A stretch of DNA of 35,049 nucleotides from Myxococcota bacterium (GCA_023150835.1 JAKLKB010000062.1:1-35049); one strand, 5' to 3'. Shown: positions 25,450 through 34,732, counted from the first letter of the stretch. Numbers and translations: made by a program. Notes: generated from the sequence alone by a model not told the origin.

Positions 25450-28350
25450 TTAGGGGAGGAGGGCTTGATAGAGGATTTGGATGGGGTGTTTAGGGGTGTA
25501 GCGGGTGCCATCGTGGATCTGGTGGCGGCAGGAAGTACCGACGGCGAGGACTTCGGCATCTTGGCGTTGTTCGACGGCGGGGAAGAGGGTGAGGCGGCCT
25601 ATTTGCATGGAGACATCGTACTTTTCTTTGTCGTAGCCGAAGGAACCCGCCATGCCGCAGCAGCCCGAAGGGATCTCTTGGACGGAGAGTTCGGGGACAA
25701 GGCGGAGCATATCGAGGGTGGGCTTGGTGCCGACGAGGGCTTTTTGGAAGCAGTGTCCGTGAACCAAGAAGCGCTTGGGGGTGGGTGCAAAGGGATGGAT
25801 AAAGTGGGCTTTTTGCGATTCGGCGACGAGGAATTCATCGATCAGATAGGCGTTTTTGGCGATCTGCTCGATGATAGGGTCGTTGGGGAAAAAGTCGCGG
25901 TATTCGTCGCGAAAGGTGAGTAAGGTCGAGGGTTCGACGCCCACAAGCGGGATGCCTTGTTCCATCGGGCCGCGCAAGCGCCACATATTGTCTTCGGCGA
26001 GGCGTTTGGCGCGTCGTGTAAAGCCTTTCGAGATCAGTGTACGTCCGTCGTCTCGGACGGTGGAGAGATCGACGTGGTAGCCTGCGGCTTCAAGAACGGT
26101 GATCGCTGCGATCCCGACGTGAGGTTCGTTGTAGTTCACAAAAGGATCGGCGAGGAAATGGACGGTTTTTCCGTTCTTTCCAGCGTTGCGATGGGGCGTA
26201 TGGAAGCGAAACCACATCCGCAGCGTGGGGATCTGGATTGCGGGGATCTGACGACGGCGATCGACCCCGAGGGCTTGTTCAAAGAGCCACCGCCCAAAGG
26301 CCGAAGAAGTGAAGGCGTTGAACAAGAAGGCCACAGGTGCCGCAAGTCGCGTGAGAAAGGGCATCCAGCCAAAGGCGAGATCAGCGAGCGGAGCGCCTTG
26401 GAGGTCGTGACGGCGTTGGAGGTATTCGTACTTGAGTTTGGCCATATCGACGTTGGAGGGGCATTCGGACTTACAGGCTTTGCATTCGAGACAAAGCTTC
26501 ATGGTGTCGTAGACTTCGGAGGAGGTGAAGGCTTTGGTGGGGCCGTACTTCATGATGGCGTTGCGCAGGACGTTTGCGCGACCGCGAGTGCTGTGCTGTT
26601 CTTCGCGGGTGGCCTGATACGAAGGGCACATCGTCCCCGAAGCGAGGGGAGATTTGCGGCAGACGCCCGCGCCGTTGCAAAACTCGGTGGCGCGCAGATA
26701 ACCTTGCTGCTTTTCAAACGACAGGACGGTGGGGATATCGTGGGTTTGATAGTCTTTGGGATAGCGGAGGTCTTGGTCGATGGGAAGGGCGTGGACGATC
26801 TTGTGGGGGTTGAGCAGAGCGTGCGGATCGAAGGCGCGTTTGACTTCGCACAAGACGTTGTACAGTTCGCTGCCAAAGAAGCGCTCGATAAAGGGGCCTC
26901 GCACCCGTCCGTCGCCATGTTCGCCTGAGATCGAGCCGCCGTACTTGATCACCAGATCGGTCACTTCTTCGGCGATGGCTTTCATGCGTTCGATGTCATG
27001 GGGATCTTTGATGTCGAGAACAGGCCGCATGTGCAACTCACCGACCGAAGCATGGGCATAATACACGCAAGAGGTCTTGTGTTTGTCCATGATCGCTTGA
27101 AACTCTTCGATGTAATCGGGGAGCGATTCGGGTGGGACAGCGGTGTCTTCGACAAAAGCGATCGGCTTGGGATCGCCCGGCATGGTGGAAAGCACGCCGA
27201 GACCGGCTTTTCGGAGGTTCCAGACCTTGTTGATATCGCTCCCCCATAGCCGCGTAAAAGCATAACCAAGCTTGCGCTCTTTCATGCAAGCTTCCATCGC
27301 GTCCATCTTGTCGAGGATCTCTTGTTTGGTATCGCCAAAAAACTCGACAGCAAGGACGCCTTGGGGATCGCCTTGCAGAAAGAAGCGCAACGGCTCGGTT
27401 CCACGATTTCCTTTGCTGAGATCGAGGATCATCTTGTCGATCAGTTCGATGGCTGCGGGCTGAAAGGGCAACGCCTCGACCGTGGCCTTCATGCACTCCC
27501 GCAAGCTCTCGAATTGCAAAACCACCAGCCCTTTTTGTTTGGGCAGCGGGACAAGGTTGATGCGTGCGCGGGTGATTAGTGCCAACGTCCCTTCGGAGGC
27601 GCACATCAGACGGCTGAGATTGAAGGGCTTGTCTTCGCGCAAAAGCTCGTCGAGCAGATAGCCTGTATTGCGGCGGACGATCTTGGGATAGCGCTCTTGG
27701 ATCAGGCCGCGATGTTCGCGCAAGATACGGGTGATCTCGCGGTAGATGTGGCCTTCGTGGTTGTTCAGTAGCTTCTTTTGCTCGATCTCTTGGGGGGTGA
27801 GATCGCGGAAAACAGCGATCGATCCGTCCGCAAGCACCACTTCGGTTTCAAAGAGATGATCGACCGTTTTTCCGTAGAGGATGGAGTGCGTACCACACGA
27901 GTTGTTGCCGATCATCCCGCCGATCATGGCGCGGTTGGAGGTCGATGTATCGGGCCCGTACTGGAGTCCATGAGGGGCCATCAGCGCGTTGATATCGTCT
28001 TGGATTACACCGGGTTCGACCCACAACCAGCGCTCCGCAAGGTTGGTCTCAAGGATGCGGTTCATATACTTCGAGACATCCAAGACCATGCCTTTTCCGA
28101 CGCATTGGCCCGCAAGGGATGTCCCTGCGGCACGCGGGATGATCGGTAGCTTGTGCAGCCCTGCGATCCGCACAGCTTCGACGATATCTTGGGTGTGCTT
28201 TGGAAGCACCACGCCCTCAGGTTCGGCTTGATAGATCGAGGCATCCGTAGCGTACAACATCCGCGAAGCCGAATCGACTCGGACTTCGCCTTCGATACGT
28301 TTTTGAAGGGCCGCAAAAGCCCGATGATAGACAGTTGTTTGTGAGATCAT
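25450..28350 (-). CDS. FAD-binding and (Fe-S)-binding oxidoreductase (YdiJ/GlcD+GlcF-like D-2-hydroxyacid dehydrogenase)
   Basis: YATDASIY, PRAAGTSLAGQ, GGMIGNNSCG, SEGTLA, HASVGELH, SGEHGDG, CNGAGVC, CLECKACKSECP, HGHC, CCGMAGSFG, SCRHQI. Confidence 0.93.
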   Translation of the reverse strand: MISQTTVYHRAFAALQKRIEGEVRVDSASRMLYATDASIYQAEPEGVVLPKHTQDIVEAVRIAGLHKLPIIPRAAGTSLAGQCVGKGMVLDVSKYMNRILETNLAERWLWVEPGVIQDDINALMAPHGLQYGPDTSTSNRAMIGGMIGNNSCGTHSILYGKTVDHLFETEVVLADGSIAVFRDLTPQEIEQKKLLNNHEGHIYREITRILREHRGLIQERYPKIVRRNTGYLLDELLREDKPFNLSRLMCASEGTLALITRARINLVPLPKQKGLVVLQFESLRECMKATVEALPFQPAAIELIDKMILDLSKGNRGTEPLRFFLQGDPQGVLAVEFFGDTKQEILDKMDAMEACMKERKLGYAFTRLWGSDINKVWNLRKAGLGVLSTMPGDPKPIAFVEDTAVPPESLPDYIEEFQAIMDKHKTSCVYYAHASVGELHMRPVLDIKDPHDIERMKAIAEEVTDLVIKYGGSISGEHGDGRVRGPFIERFFGSELYNVLCEVKRAFDPHALLNPHKIVHALPIDQDLRYPKDYQTHDIPTVLSFEKQQGYLRATEFCNGAGVCRKSPLASGTMCPSYQATREEQHSTRGRANVLRNAIMKYGPTKAFTSSEVYDTMKLCLECKACKSECPSNVDMAKLKYEYLQRRHDLQGAPLADLAFGWMPFLTRLAAPVAFLFNAFTSSAFGRWLFEQALGVDRRRQIPAIQIPTLRMWFRFHTPHRNAGKNGKTVHFLADPFVNYNEPHVGIAAITVLEAAGYHVDLSTVRDDGRTLISKGFTRRAKRLAEDNMWRLRGPMEQGIPLVGVEPSTLLTFRDEYRDFFPNDPIIEQIAKNAYLIDEFLVAESQKAHFIHPFAPTPKRFLVHGHCFQKALVGTKPTLDMLRLVPELSVQEIPSGCCGMAGSFGYDKEKYDVSMQIGRLTLFPAVEQRQDAEVLAVGTSCRHQIHDGTRYTPKHPIQILYQALLP

Positions 28351-28374
28351 TGCGTCGCTCTATTCTTTATTAGA

Positions 28375-28544
28375 TAGGAGTTACGCAGTCGCCAAAAAAG
28401 CCGTGTTCGCACTCCCCCAAGCGACAGAGCCGTTGTGTTGAACAACCTGCTCTCTCTTCGTCCCTCATGGGGTCAAGGGGGCGGCGCTCCCTTGCGGGGT
28501 GTGGTACCTCGCCCCGCAAAACAAGCCCAACCGCGTAAGTCTTG
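28375..28544 (-). mobile_element. MITE-like dispersed repeat, copy D (170 bp, best-preserved TIRs)
   Basis: Ends TAGGAGTTACGCAGT (28375) and ACCGCGTAAGTCTTG (reverse complement CAAGACTTACGCGGT). The internal motifs match copies A, B and C. Confidence 0.82.
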
Positions 28545-28545
28545 T

Positions 28546-29331
28546 TCAGAATTGGTTTTTCATCTCGCGTAATGCGCCCAAGATCTCGATGGGATCGTGA
28601 GGTTGAACTGCTCTTTCGAGGGAGACCATTTTGATCACTTCGAGTTCTTGGGTGCGCAAAAAGGGATTGACTTGCTTTTCCTTGCCGACGGTCGAGGGGA
28701 TCGTGGGCCGTTGTTGTTCTCGCAGAGAGAGGACTTCTGCATACGTTTGTTCGATCGAGGGGTTGTTGGGTTCGATGTGGCGGGCGAATCGCAAGTTGGA
28801 AGCGGTGTACTCGTGGCCGCAATACACGCGAGTTGCATCGGGTAGTGCGGCAAGTTTTTGAAGTGAAGCGTGCATCTCGGCGGGTGTGCCTTCAAAGAAA
28901 CGCCCACATCCCCCAAAGAACAGCGTATCCCCACAAAATAACGCCCCCGCTTTTGCGAAGTAATAAGCGATGTGACCGCGTGTATGGCCGGGAGTAAAGA
29001 TCACTTCGGCCTCGTGCTGACCGACACAGACGCGGTCGCCTTCTTGAACGCGACGGGTGATCGCGGGGATACGCTCGCTGTCTGGGCCGTAGCCCACGAT
29101 CTCAAGGGTGGGCCAATGCTTTTTGAGATCTTCGTTTCCGCCCACATGATCGAAGTGGTGGTGTGTATTGAGGAGCAGCGAGGGGGTAAGGTTCATCGTC
29201 TCAAGCGTTTGGATCATCGCGTCTGCATCGGGACAATCGACCAAGGCCACCACACCGCTTTGCTTGCAATGCAGGATGTAGCTGTAGTTGTCGGAAAGCA
29301 TCGGAACAAGGGTGATCTCAAGATCTGACAT
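28546..29331 (-). CDS. gloB: Hydroxyacylglutathione hydrolase (glyoxalase II)
   Basis: GAAAGGA RBS. LSDNYSY, THHHFDHVGG, TPGHTRGH, FCGDTLF.GGCGR.FEG, YCGHEYT, PSTVG.EK.VNPFLR. Confidence 0.95.
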   Translation of the reverse strand: MSDLEITLVPMLSDNYSYILHCKQSGVVALVDCPDADAMIQTLETMNLTPSLLLNTHHHFDHVGGNEDLKKHWPTLEIVGYGPDSERIPAITRRVQEGDRVCVGQHEAEVIFTPGHTRGHIAYYFAKAGALFCGDTLFFGGCGRFFEGTPAEMHASLQKLAALPDATRVYCGHEYTASNLRFARHIEPNNPSIEQTYAEVLSLREQQRPTIPSTVGKEKQVNPFLRTQELEVIKMVSLERAVQPHDPIEILGALREMKNQF

Positions 29332-29541
29332 GGGGCGTATCCTTTCGGAAAATGCCAAGCATCTGTACAAAACAAGCGTACTATACGATTTCCGCTTTGC
29401 GGCGCAAGTTCTACCGACTATATTGTTCCCCTTGCATCGCCGTGATTGGTTTGGGTGAGGGCGTTTTTTTTGTTGGCAAAGCGGTAAAGGAGCGGTCGCA
29501 ACACACAGCAGTCGCAACGCACAGAAAGGGTGTCACGTTCG

Positions 29542-30564
29542 ATGAAGCTTCGGATCTTGTATTGTGGTGTAGATGACGGGACTTGTCGACATCGGGGAAA
29601 TGCTCTTGTGCGGCTGGGGCACACCGTCGAGTTTCTCAATTATCGATACCCGCACGATCCTTGGCTGTATCGCCTCAAAAAATATGCGGGTCTTGACGTG
29701 TCTGGCATCAACGCGCTTTTGCAAAGCACGATGACGCGCAACGAGTACGATGTGGTCTGGTTTGACAAGTGCGTCGACCTACATCCAAACGTGCTGCGGC
29801 GTATGCGCAAGCACGCATCTCATTGCAAGTTTGTGCATTACAGTCCAGATGATATGTTCAACACACAGAATTCGACGCCTCGTTATGTTGCGTGCATTCC
29901 TTGGTACGATCTGCACGTCACCACCAAAAGCTATAACGTCCAAGAACTGCGGGACTGCGGAGCGCAAGATGTCTTTTTTGTGGACAACGCTTATGAACCG
30001 ACCGTTCACCGCCCCGTTGTGCTTACCGAAAAAGAGAACGCTTTGTATCAAGCCGATGTGGGATTCTTGGGGGCGTATGAATGCGAACGTGCGGAGATGA
30101 TCAAGCGTTTGGCGCAGCAGGGCATCCGCGTGAGGGTTTGGGGGGGGGGAGGCTGGTCGAAGATCAAGTCATGGCATCCGAACCTTCGGATCGAACCACG
30201 TGCGGTACTCGAAGAAGACTATGCCAAGGCGATCTGTGGAATGAAGATCTGCCTTGCGTTTCTGCGCAAGGTCAATCGAGACTTGCAAACAACCCGAACG
30301 ATGGAGATCCCGGCTTGTGGTGTGTTTATGCTCGCTGAACGCACCGACGAGCATTTGCGCTTGTTTGAGGAAGGCGTTGAAGCCGCCTTTTTCTCCTCAT
30401 TTGAAGAACTCTTTGAAAAGTGCCGCTATTACCTCGCTCACGAAGAAGAACGTCGGCGTATTGCACAAGCAGGCTACCAGCGTTGCTTGCGTGACGGCTA
30501 CTCAAACGACCACCGCATGAAGCAAGCCTTGGATTATCTGTTTGCACAAGCGGCTCTCGAATAG
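29542..30564 (+). CDS. CgeB/YkvP-like glycosyltransferase (Glyco_trans_1_2 type)
   Basis: HYSPDD, DVGFLGAYE..R, WGGGGW, KICLAFLRKVNRDLQTTRTMEIPACGVFMLAERTDEH..FEEG.EA, YYL.HEEER..IA.AG. Confidence 0.85.
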   Translation: MKLRILYCGVDDGTCRHRGNALVRLGHTVEFLNYRYPHDPWLYRLKKYAGLDVSGINALLQSTMTRNEYDVVWFDKCVDLHPNVLRRMRKHASHCKFVHYSPDDMFNTQNSTPRYVACIPWYDLHVTTKSYNVQELRDCGAQDVFFVDNAYEPTVHRPVVLTEKENALYQADVGFLGAYECERAEMIKRLAQQGIRVRVWGGGGWSKIKSWHPNLRIEPRAVLEEDYAKAICGMKICLAFLRKVNRDLQTTRTMEIPACGVFMLAERTDEHLRLFEEGVEAAFFSSFEELFEKCRYYLAHEEERRRIAQAGYQRCLRDGYSNDHRMKQALDYLFAQAALE

Positions 30565-30638
30565 GCTCAAGGCGCACAGTCGGGGAAACGTATCTTCGCA
30601 ATTGGATTGTTTGTTTGCACAAGCAGCCCTCGAAGAGG
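30529..30638 (+). repeat. Direct duplication (37 bp, 5 mismatches, period 73) of the glycosyltransferase 3' end
   Basis: 30529-30565 TTGGATTATCTGTTTGCACAAGCGGCTCTCGAATAGG versus 30602-30638 TTGGATTGTTTGTTTGCACAAGCAGCCCTCGAAGAGG. Confidence 0.88.
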
Positions 30639-30659
30639 GCAGGGCTGGAGCGCACAAGG

Positions 30660-31844
30660 TCATTTTTTGCGCAAGCGTTCGGCGGCAGCTTCGAGGATGT
30701 GATCTTCTTTGCAGAAGGCGAAACGCGCCATCTTGTGGGCGATGTGCTTGTTTTGGGGCGAGAAAAAGTAAGAGGGCGGGATCGCCACCACGCCGTATTG
30801 GGTGGTGAGGTGATGGCAAAAGGTTTCGTCGTTGTCAAAGCCCCACGCGGAGGTATCGGCCACGATGAAGTAGGTTCCTTCGGCGGGATAGGGATTCAAG
30901 TCGGCCTCTTGCAGGACGCGAAAGAAGAAGTCCCGCTTTTTTTGGTAGAAGGCGCGCAGATCGCTGTAATACGTGTTGGCTTGGGCTTGTTGGAGCACGT
31001 CGGCAACGGCGGCTTGCAGCGGTGTGGCGACACTAAACGGGATCCATTGTTGGGCCATCTGGAGGGCGTGCGTGAGGTCTGGGGGAGCGAGCACCCAGCC
31101 GATCTTCCAACCCGTCACGCTAAAGGTCTTTCCTGCGCTTCCGATGGTCAACGTGCGCTCCCACATCCCGGGCAACGTCGCGATCGACAGATGTTTGCGA
31201 TCATCGAACAGTAGCCGATCATAGACTTCATCGGCGATCACCAACAAGTCGTGCTGGATACAGACTTCTGCGATATCGTGGAGTTCTTGGGCGGTAAAGC
31301 ATTTTCCCGTCGGATTGTGGGGGGTATTGAGCATCAACGCCTTGGTGCGAGGCGTGATCGCTTGGCGCAACTCGTCGATATCCAACGTCCATTGCTGCGC
31401 AGCATTCGGACGCAACGGCACAAAGCGCGGTTGCCCCCCCGCCATCAAGATCGATGCAGGATACGAATCATAAAAAGGCTCGATCAAGATCACTTCGTCG
31501 TCTCGGTCGATCAGCGCCTGAATCACCGCAAAGATCGCCTCCGTCGCTCCCACCGTAACCGTGATCTCGGTCTCCGCATCCACTAAACGCCCCCATTCAC
31601 GGGCTGTTTCTTGAGCAAGCGCGTTGCGCAATGCAGCAAGCCCCTTGAGGGGCGCATATTGTTGATAACCCTCCATCGCTTTGCGCCCCGCTTCGCGCAC
31701 AAATTCGGGCGGCGAAAAGTCTGGAAAGCCTTGGCCTAAGTTCAGCGCTTGGTACTTCTGCGCCAGTTGAGTCCACACTGTAAAAACGGTCGTCCCAAAG
31801 CTTTGAATACGTTCTGCGCCTCGTGGATAATTCTTTGACATCAT
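30660..31844 (-). CDS. PLP-dependent class I/II aminotransferase (YbdL/kynurenine-glutamine transaminase-like)
   Basis: ALNLGQGFPDF, VTVGATEA, EPFYDSY, LNTPHNPTGK, DEVY, SAGKTFSVTGWKIGW (PLP Lys), RFAFCK. Confidence 0.92.
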   Translation of the reverse strand: MMSKNYPRGAERIQSFGTTVFTVWTQLAQKYQALNLGQGFPDFSPPEFVREAGRKAMEGYQQYAPLKGLAALRNALAQETAREWGRLVDAETEITVTVGATEAIFAVIQALIDRDDEVILIEPFYDSYPASILMAGGQPRFVPLRPNAAQQWTLDIDELRQAITPRTKALMLNTPHNPTGKCFTAQELHDIAEVCIQHDLLVIADEVYDRLLFDDRKHLSIATLPGMWERTLTIGSAGKTFSVTGWKIGWVLAPPDLTHALQMAQQWIPFSVATPLQAAVADVLQQAQANTYYSDLRAFYQKKRDFFFRVLQEADLNPYPAEGTYFIVADTSAWGFDNDETFCHHLTTQYGVVAIPPSYFFSPQNKHIAHKMARFAFCKEDHILEAAAERLRKK

Positions 31845-31929
31845 CTCTCTCTTCCGAAGGGTTGGGGGAATACAACGTGCGCATCTTAGTGGCTTGTCCC
31901 TCTCCTGTCCATATCCATGCTCCTTTCGT

Positions 31930-32130
31930 TTGTATGGGGCGAGGTACCATGCCCCGCCATAGACTGTCGCCCCTTGACCCCGTATCGGCAGGTATCACCC
32001 GCTATACTTGGGATGTTCTCACACCCGCCATAGACTGTCGCCCCTTGACCCCGTATCGGCGGAGCGAACGGGCGCTTTTCAAACCAACCACAGATCCGCG
32101 TGGCACGGCGCGAACTCGGGGCGTTTTGGG
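31930..32130 (+). mobile_element. Diverged MITE-like copy E with an internal ~37-bp duplication
   Basis: TTTGTATGGGGCGAGGTACCATGCCCCGC..CCCCTTGACCCC..GGCGCGAACTCGG. CCCGCCATAGACTGTCGCCCCTTGACCCCGTATCGGC occurs twice (~31953 and ~32024). Confidence 0.65.
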
Positions 32131-32434
32131 CGGTGGCGGGACAGGGGAGGTTGGCTTTTGGACTGTGGGGGGAACAGTCGTTGTTTGGCTTTTGGACGCT
32201 GTTTGGCTTTTGGACGCTGTGGACTGTGCGGGATCTGAACGCCTCGAAGCTTGGAGGGAAGTCGCCCAAGTGCAGACGGACTTCGCGCCGCTTGGGTGAT
32301 GCCCAAAACAAAGCCCTCGGCACAGGCTTTGCGCACGGGCCGCCACAGCCAAGCAAAAGCCGTTGCCTCTCGCCTCTCTTCCTCAAAGATCCGCAAGACG
32401 AGGCCCCTCACCACAACCTTTAGGAGCGTCCAAG

Positions 32435-33478
32435 ATGTCCAGCACAACCAAAAAAACCACCCCGTCCACCGAAAAAACCACCCAAGCCAGCCCCTCCCCC
32501 AAAACACCCAAAAAAGCCAACCCCACACCCTCCAAAACGGTCCCATCCACCAAAGCGGATGCCACGCAACCCACCAAAGCGGATGCCACGCAACCCACCA
32601 AAGCGGATGCCACGCAACCCACCAAAGCGGATGCCTCTTCCTCTTCGGAGGTCGCCGCTCCCAAGGATGCCTCTTCATCCCTTGCATCCATCGACCTTTC
32701 CAAAAACCCTCCCGCCGACAAAGACACCCGCGCTGCTTTCCAACAACACCTCGCGCAGATCGAGGCTTTCCCTGAAGCGCAAGTGGTCGCCCCCACCATC
32801 AGCGTTGTGGATAGCGTGACCTTGGCCCTTCAACTCCACCAACAAGCCCAAAAAGATATCGCTCGTCTGCGCCGACTGATCGCGTCAGGTGAACTGGCTG
32901 AAGTTTCTGTGATCGAACTGCGTACCCGCGCCCTTGCTTTGTGGCACGCACAAGCACGCTGGCAACACGCCCGAAAAACCAAGCGCCCAAAAAGCGAACA
33001 AGTGCATTTCCCCGAAGCTCTCGAATTGCGAAAAGAATTCTTGGACGCCGCCGATTACCTCTGGCGGCGCGATGCTCGCGTCAAAAAGATCCTCAAAGAG
33101 ATCCGCGAAGGCACCAGCCAGCGCGATCTTGCAGATGACTTGCAGCAACTCGCACAACTTTTCCTCGAACATCTCGATCTGATCGATGGACGCACCGATA
33201 TCACACGCGACGATATCGATCGCGCCATCACACTCTCCATCCAGATCATGGATACCCTGCTTGAGCAAGACCAAAAAGAAGCCATCCGCCTGCGCAATCG
33301 CGCTTATTCGCTCTTGGCTGACGCTTACCTCGACGTCTTCATGGCGGGTCGTTTCATCCACCGCCGCGACAAGGACACCTCTGCTCTGTACCCATCCCTT
33401 CATCTCTCGCCTTCTTCTCCCTCCCCAAAATCCGAACCCCAACCCAACCCCCCCCAAGATATCCCCCAACCCGCCTAA
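32435..33478 (+). CDS. Hypothetical protein (~347 aa): Lys/Thr/Pro-rich N-terminus with repeats, helical core
   Basis: TAGGAG RBS before ATG 32435. Amphipathic helical core (IREGTSQRDLADDLQQLAQLF, RNRAYSLLADAYLDV, LYPSL). Confidence 0.75.
   Translation: MSSTTKKTTPSTEKTTQASPSPKTPKKANPTPSKTVPSTKADATQPTKADATQPTKADATQPTKADASSSSEVAAPKDASSSLASIDLSKNPPADKDTRAAFQQHLAQIEAFPEAQVVAPTISVVDSVTLALQLHQQAQKDIARLRRLIASGELAEVSVIELRTRALALWHAQARWQHARKTKRPKSEQVHFPEALELRKEFLDAADYLWRRDARVKKILKEIREGTSQRDLADDLQQLAQLFLEHLDLIDGRTDITRDDIDRAITLSIQIMDTLLEQDQKEAIRLRNRAYSLLADAYLDVFMAGRFIHRRDKDTSALYPSLHLSPSSPSPKSEPQPNPPQDIPQPA
32547..32635 (+). repeat. In-frame 24-bp perfect tandem repeat (TKADATQP) x3.7
   Basis: CCACCAAAGCGGATGCCACGCAAC repeated. 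Confidence 0.95.
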
Positions 33479-33884
33479 CTCCACACAACACTCACGTCGT
33501 TATACGATACCCAAAAGGATGTTTCTGCCTATTTCGCGTTTTGTGCCTCTGTAAGGGGGGAGGGCTGGGGTGGAGGGTCAACAAGTGCTTCACCTAACGC
33601 CTATGGGGGGCTGCCCCATACGCGCCTTGTTAAGCGATGGTTGGCCCCCCACCCCGAACACTCGGACACTTCGTCTGTGCTGTCGGAAAGACAACACGTT
33701 TGCACGTCAAAAGGCAAACAAAACGCAAAAAAGCGGATGTTCCTTGCTCGAACCACTGCCCCTACGCAAATTTCTGTTGTTGTGTGAGTATGTCCGTTCG
33801 CTGCTCGATGTCCCGATACACGGGCGGTTCGCCAACATTTGATCCAACTAATAACGGGCGGGATTTCGTACCGCTCCTCGCATC

Positions 33885-34197
33885 CAAGTTCAGGTTTCCT
33901 GAAGAGGTTGCGGGGAACGCTCGAAGGCGTTCAGGTTTCCCTTTGAGGCTGGGGGGAACGCTCGAAGGCGTTCAGGTTCGTTGAACGGCAAAAAAAAAGG
34001 CGACTGTGCCATTCTGGTTTGCATGAATACAAAAGCGAAGCAGCATTGTTCCAAAAATGTTTGTAGTAAAGCCTTGCAGGATTTTTTTGCGGCGTTCAGG
34101 CTTCCCTTTGAGGCTGCGGGAAGCGCTCGAAGGCGTTCAGGCTTCCCTTTGAGGCTGCGGGAAGCGCTCGAAGGCGTTCAGGTTTCCTGAAGAGGCC
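33885..34197. repeat. 41-bp hairpin-containing tandem repeat in two blocks separated by a ~110-bp AT-richer stretch
   Basis: Unit GGCGTTCAGG(C/T)TTCCCTTTGAGGCTG(C/G)GGG(AAG/GAA)CGCTCGAA starting at 33885, 33926, 33967 (partial), 34091, 34132 and 34173 (partial). Confidence 0.9.
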
Positions 34198-34252
34198 AAA
34201 CGGAACAGCCAAGGGGGTCGGAGCTTGTCGGCGAAGTGAAAGCGGCTGTCGG

Positions 34253-34732
34253 CTATGCGTTTTGCGTGGTAGGTTCGGTTGTGGTTGAGCGCAAAGCGTA
34301 CCGCAAAGGGCGGGAGGATTTTTTGACGACGCAGCCTTCCACGATCAGGCGCTCCAACCATGCTTTGGTTTGGTTTTCGGAGACATCGAGGGTCGCGGCG
34401 AGTTCCTTGTCATCCATCGGACTCTTGGAGAGTTGGTGGGTGATCAACACACGGACGGTGTGGAAAAGGGCCTCTTTTGGCTCGACGATGGCGGGAGGTG
34501 TGGGAGGGGCTTGCCAAAGGAAAGGTTGTTGGGTTGGGCTAGAGGGACTTGCCGAAGGAAAGGTTGTCGAGGGTGTGGGTTGTTTTTGCCAAAGGCGAGC
34601 CATGTCTTCGGGCGCACTGGGTTCGGGCCAAGGCATGGCTCCTTTTTGGAGGAGGGCTTCTAATGCCGAGGATCGAGGGTTTTGGGTCCGTACATACACA
34701 GGAACGAACCGAAGTTTTTCGAGTTGTTCGAC
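34253..34732 (-). pseudogene. 3' fragment of a DprA/SMF-like gene with C-terminal winged helix, truncated at a REP cluster
   Basis: Frame reads [58 protein letters not shown], which resembles the C-terminus of DprA-like proteins from memory. Upstream the frame runs into REP sequence, with no Rossmann-domain coding. Confidence 0.6.

Noticed and set aside
33570-34190. Small ORFs of 69-115 aa
   Set aside because: No RBS or recognisable motifs, and they are partly made of non-triplet repeats.
33885-34197. CRISPR array
   Set aside because: Units are directly tandem with no unique spacers of regular length, and there are no cas genes in the window.
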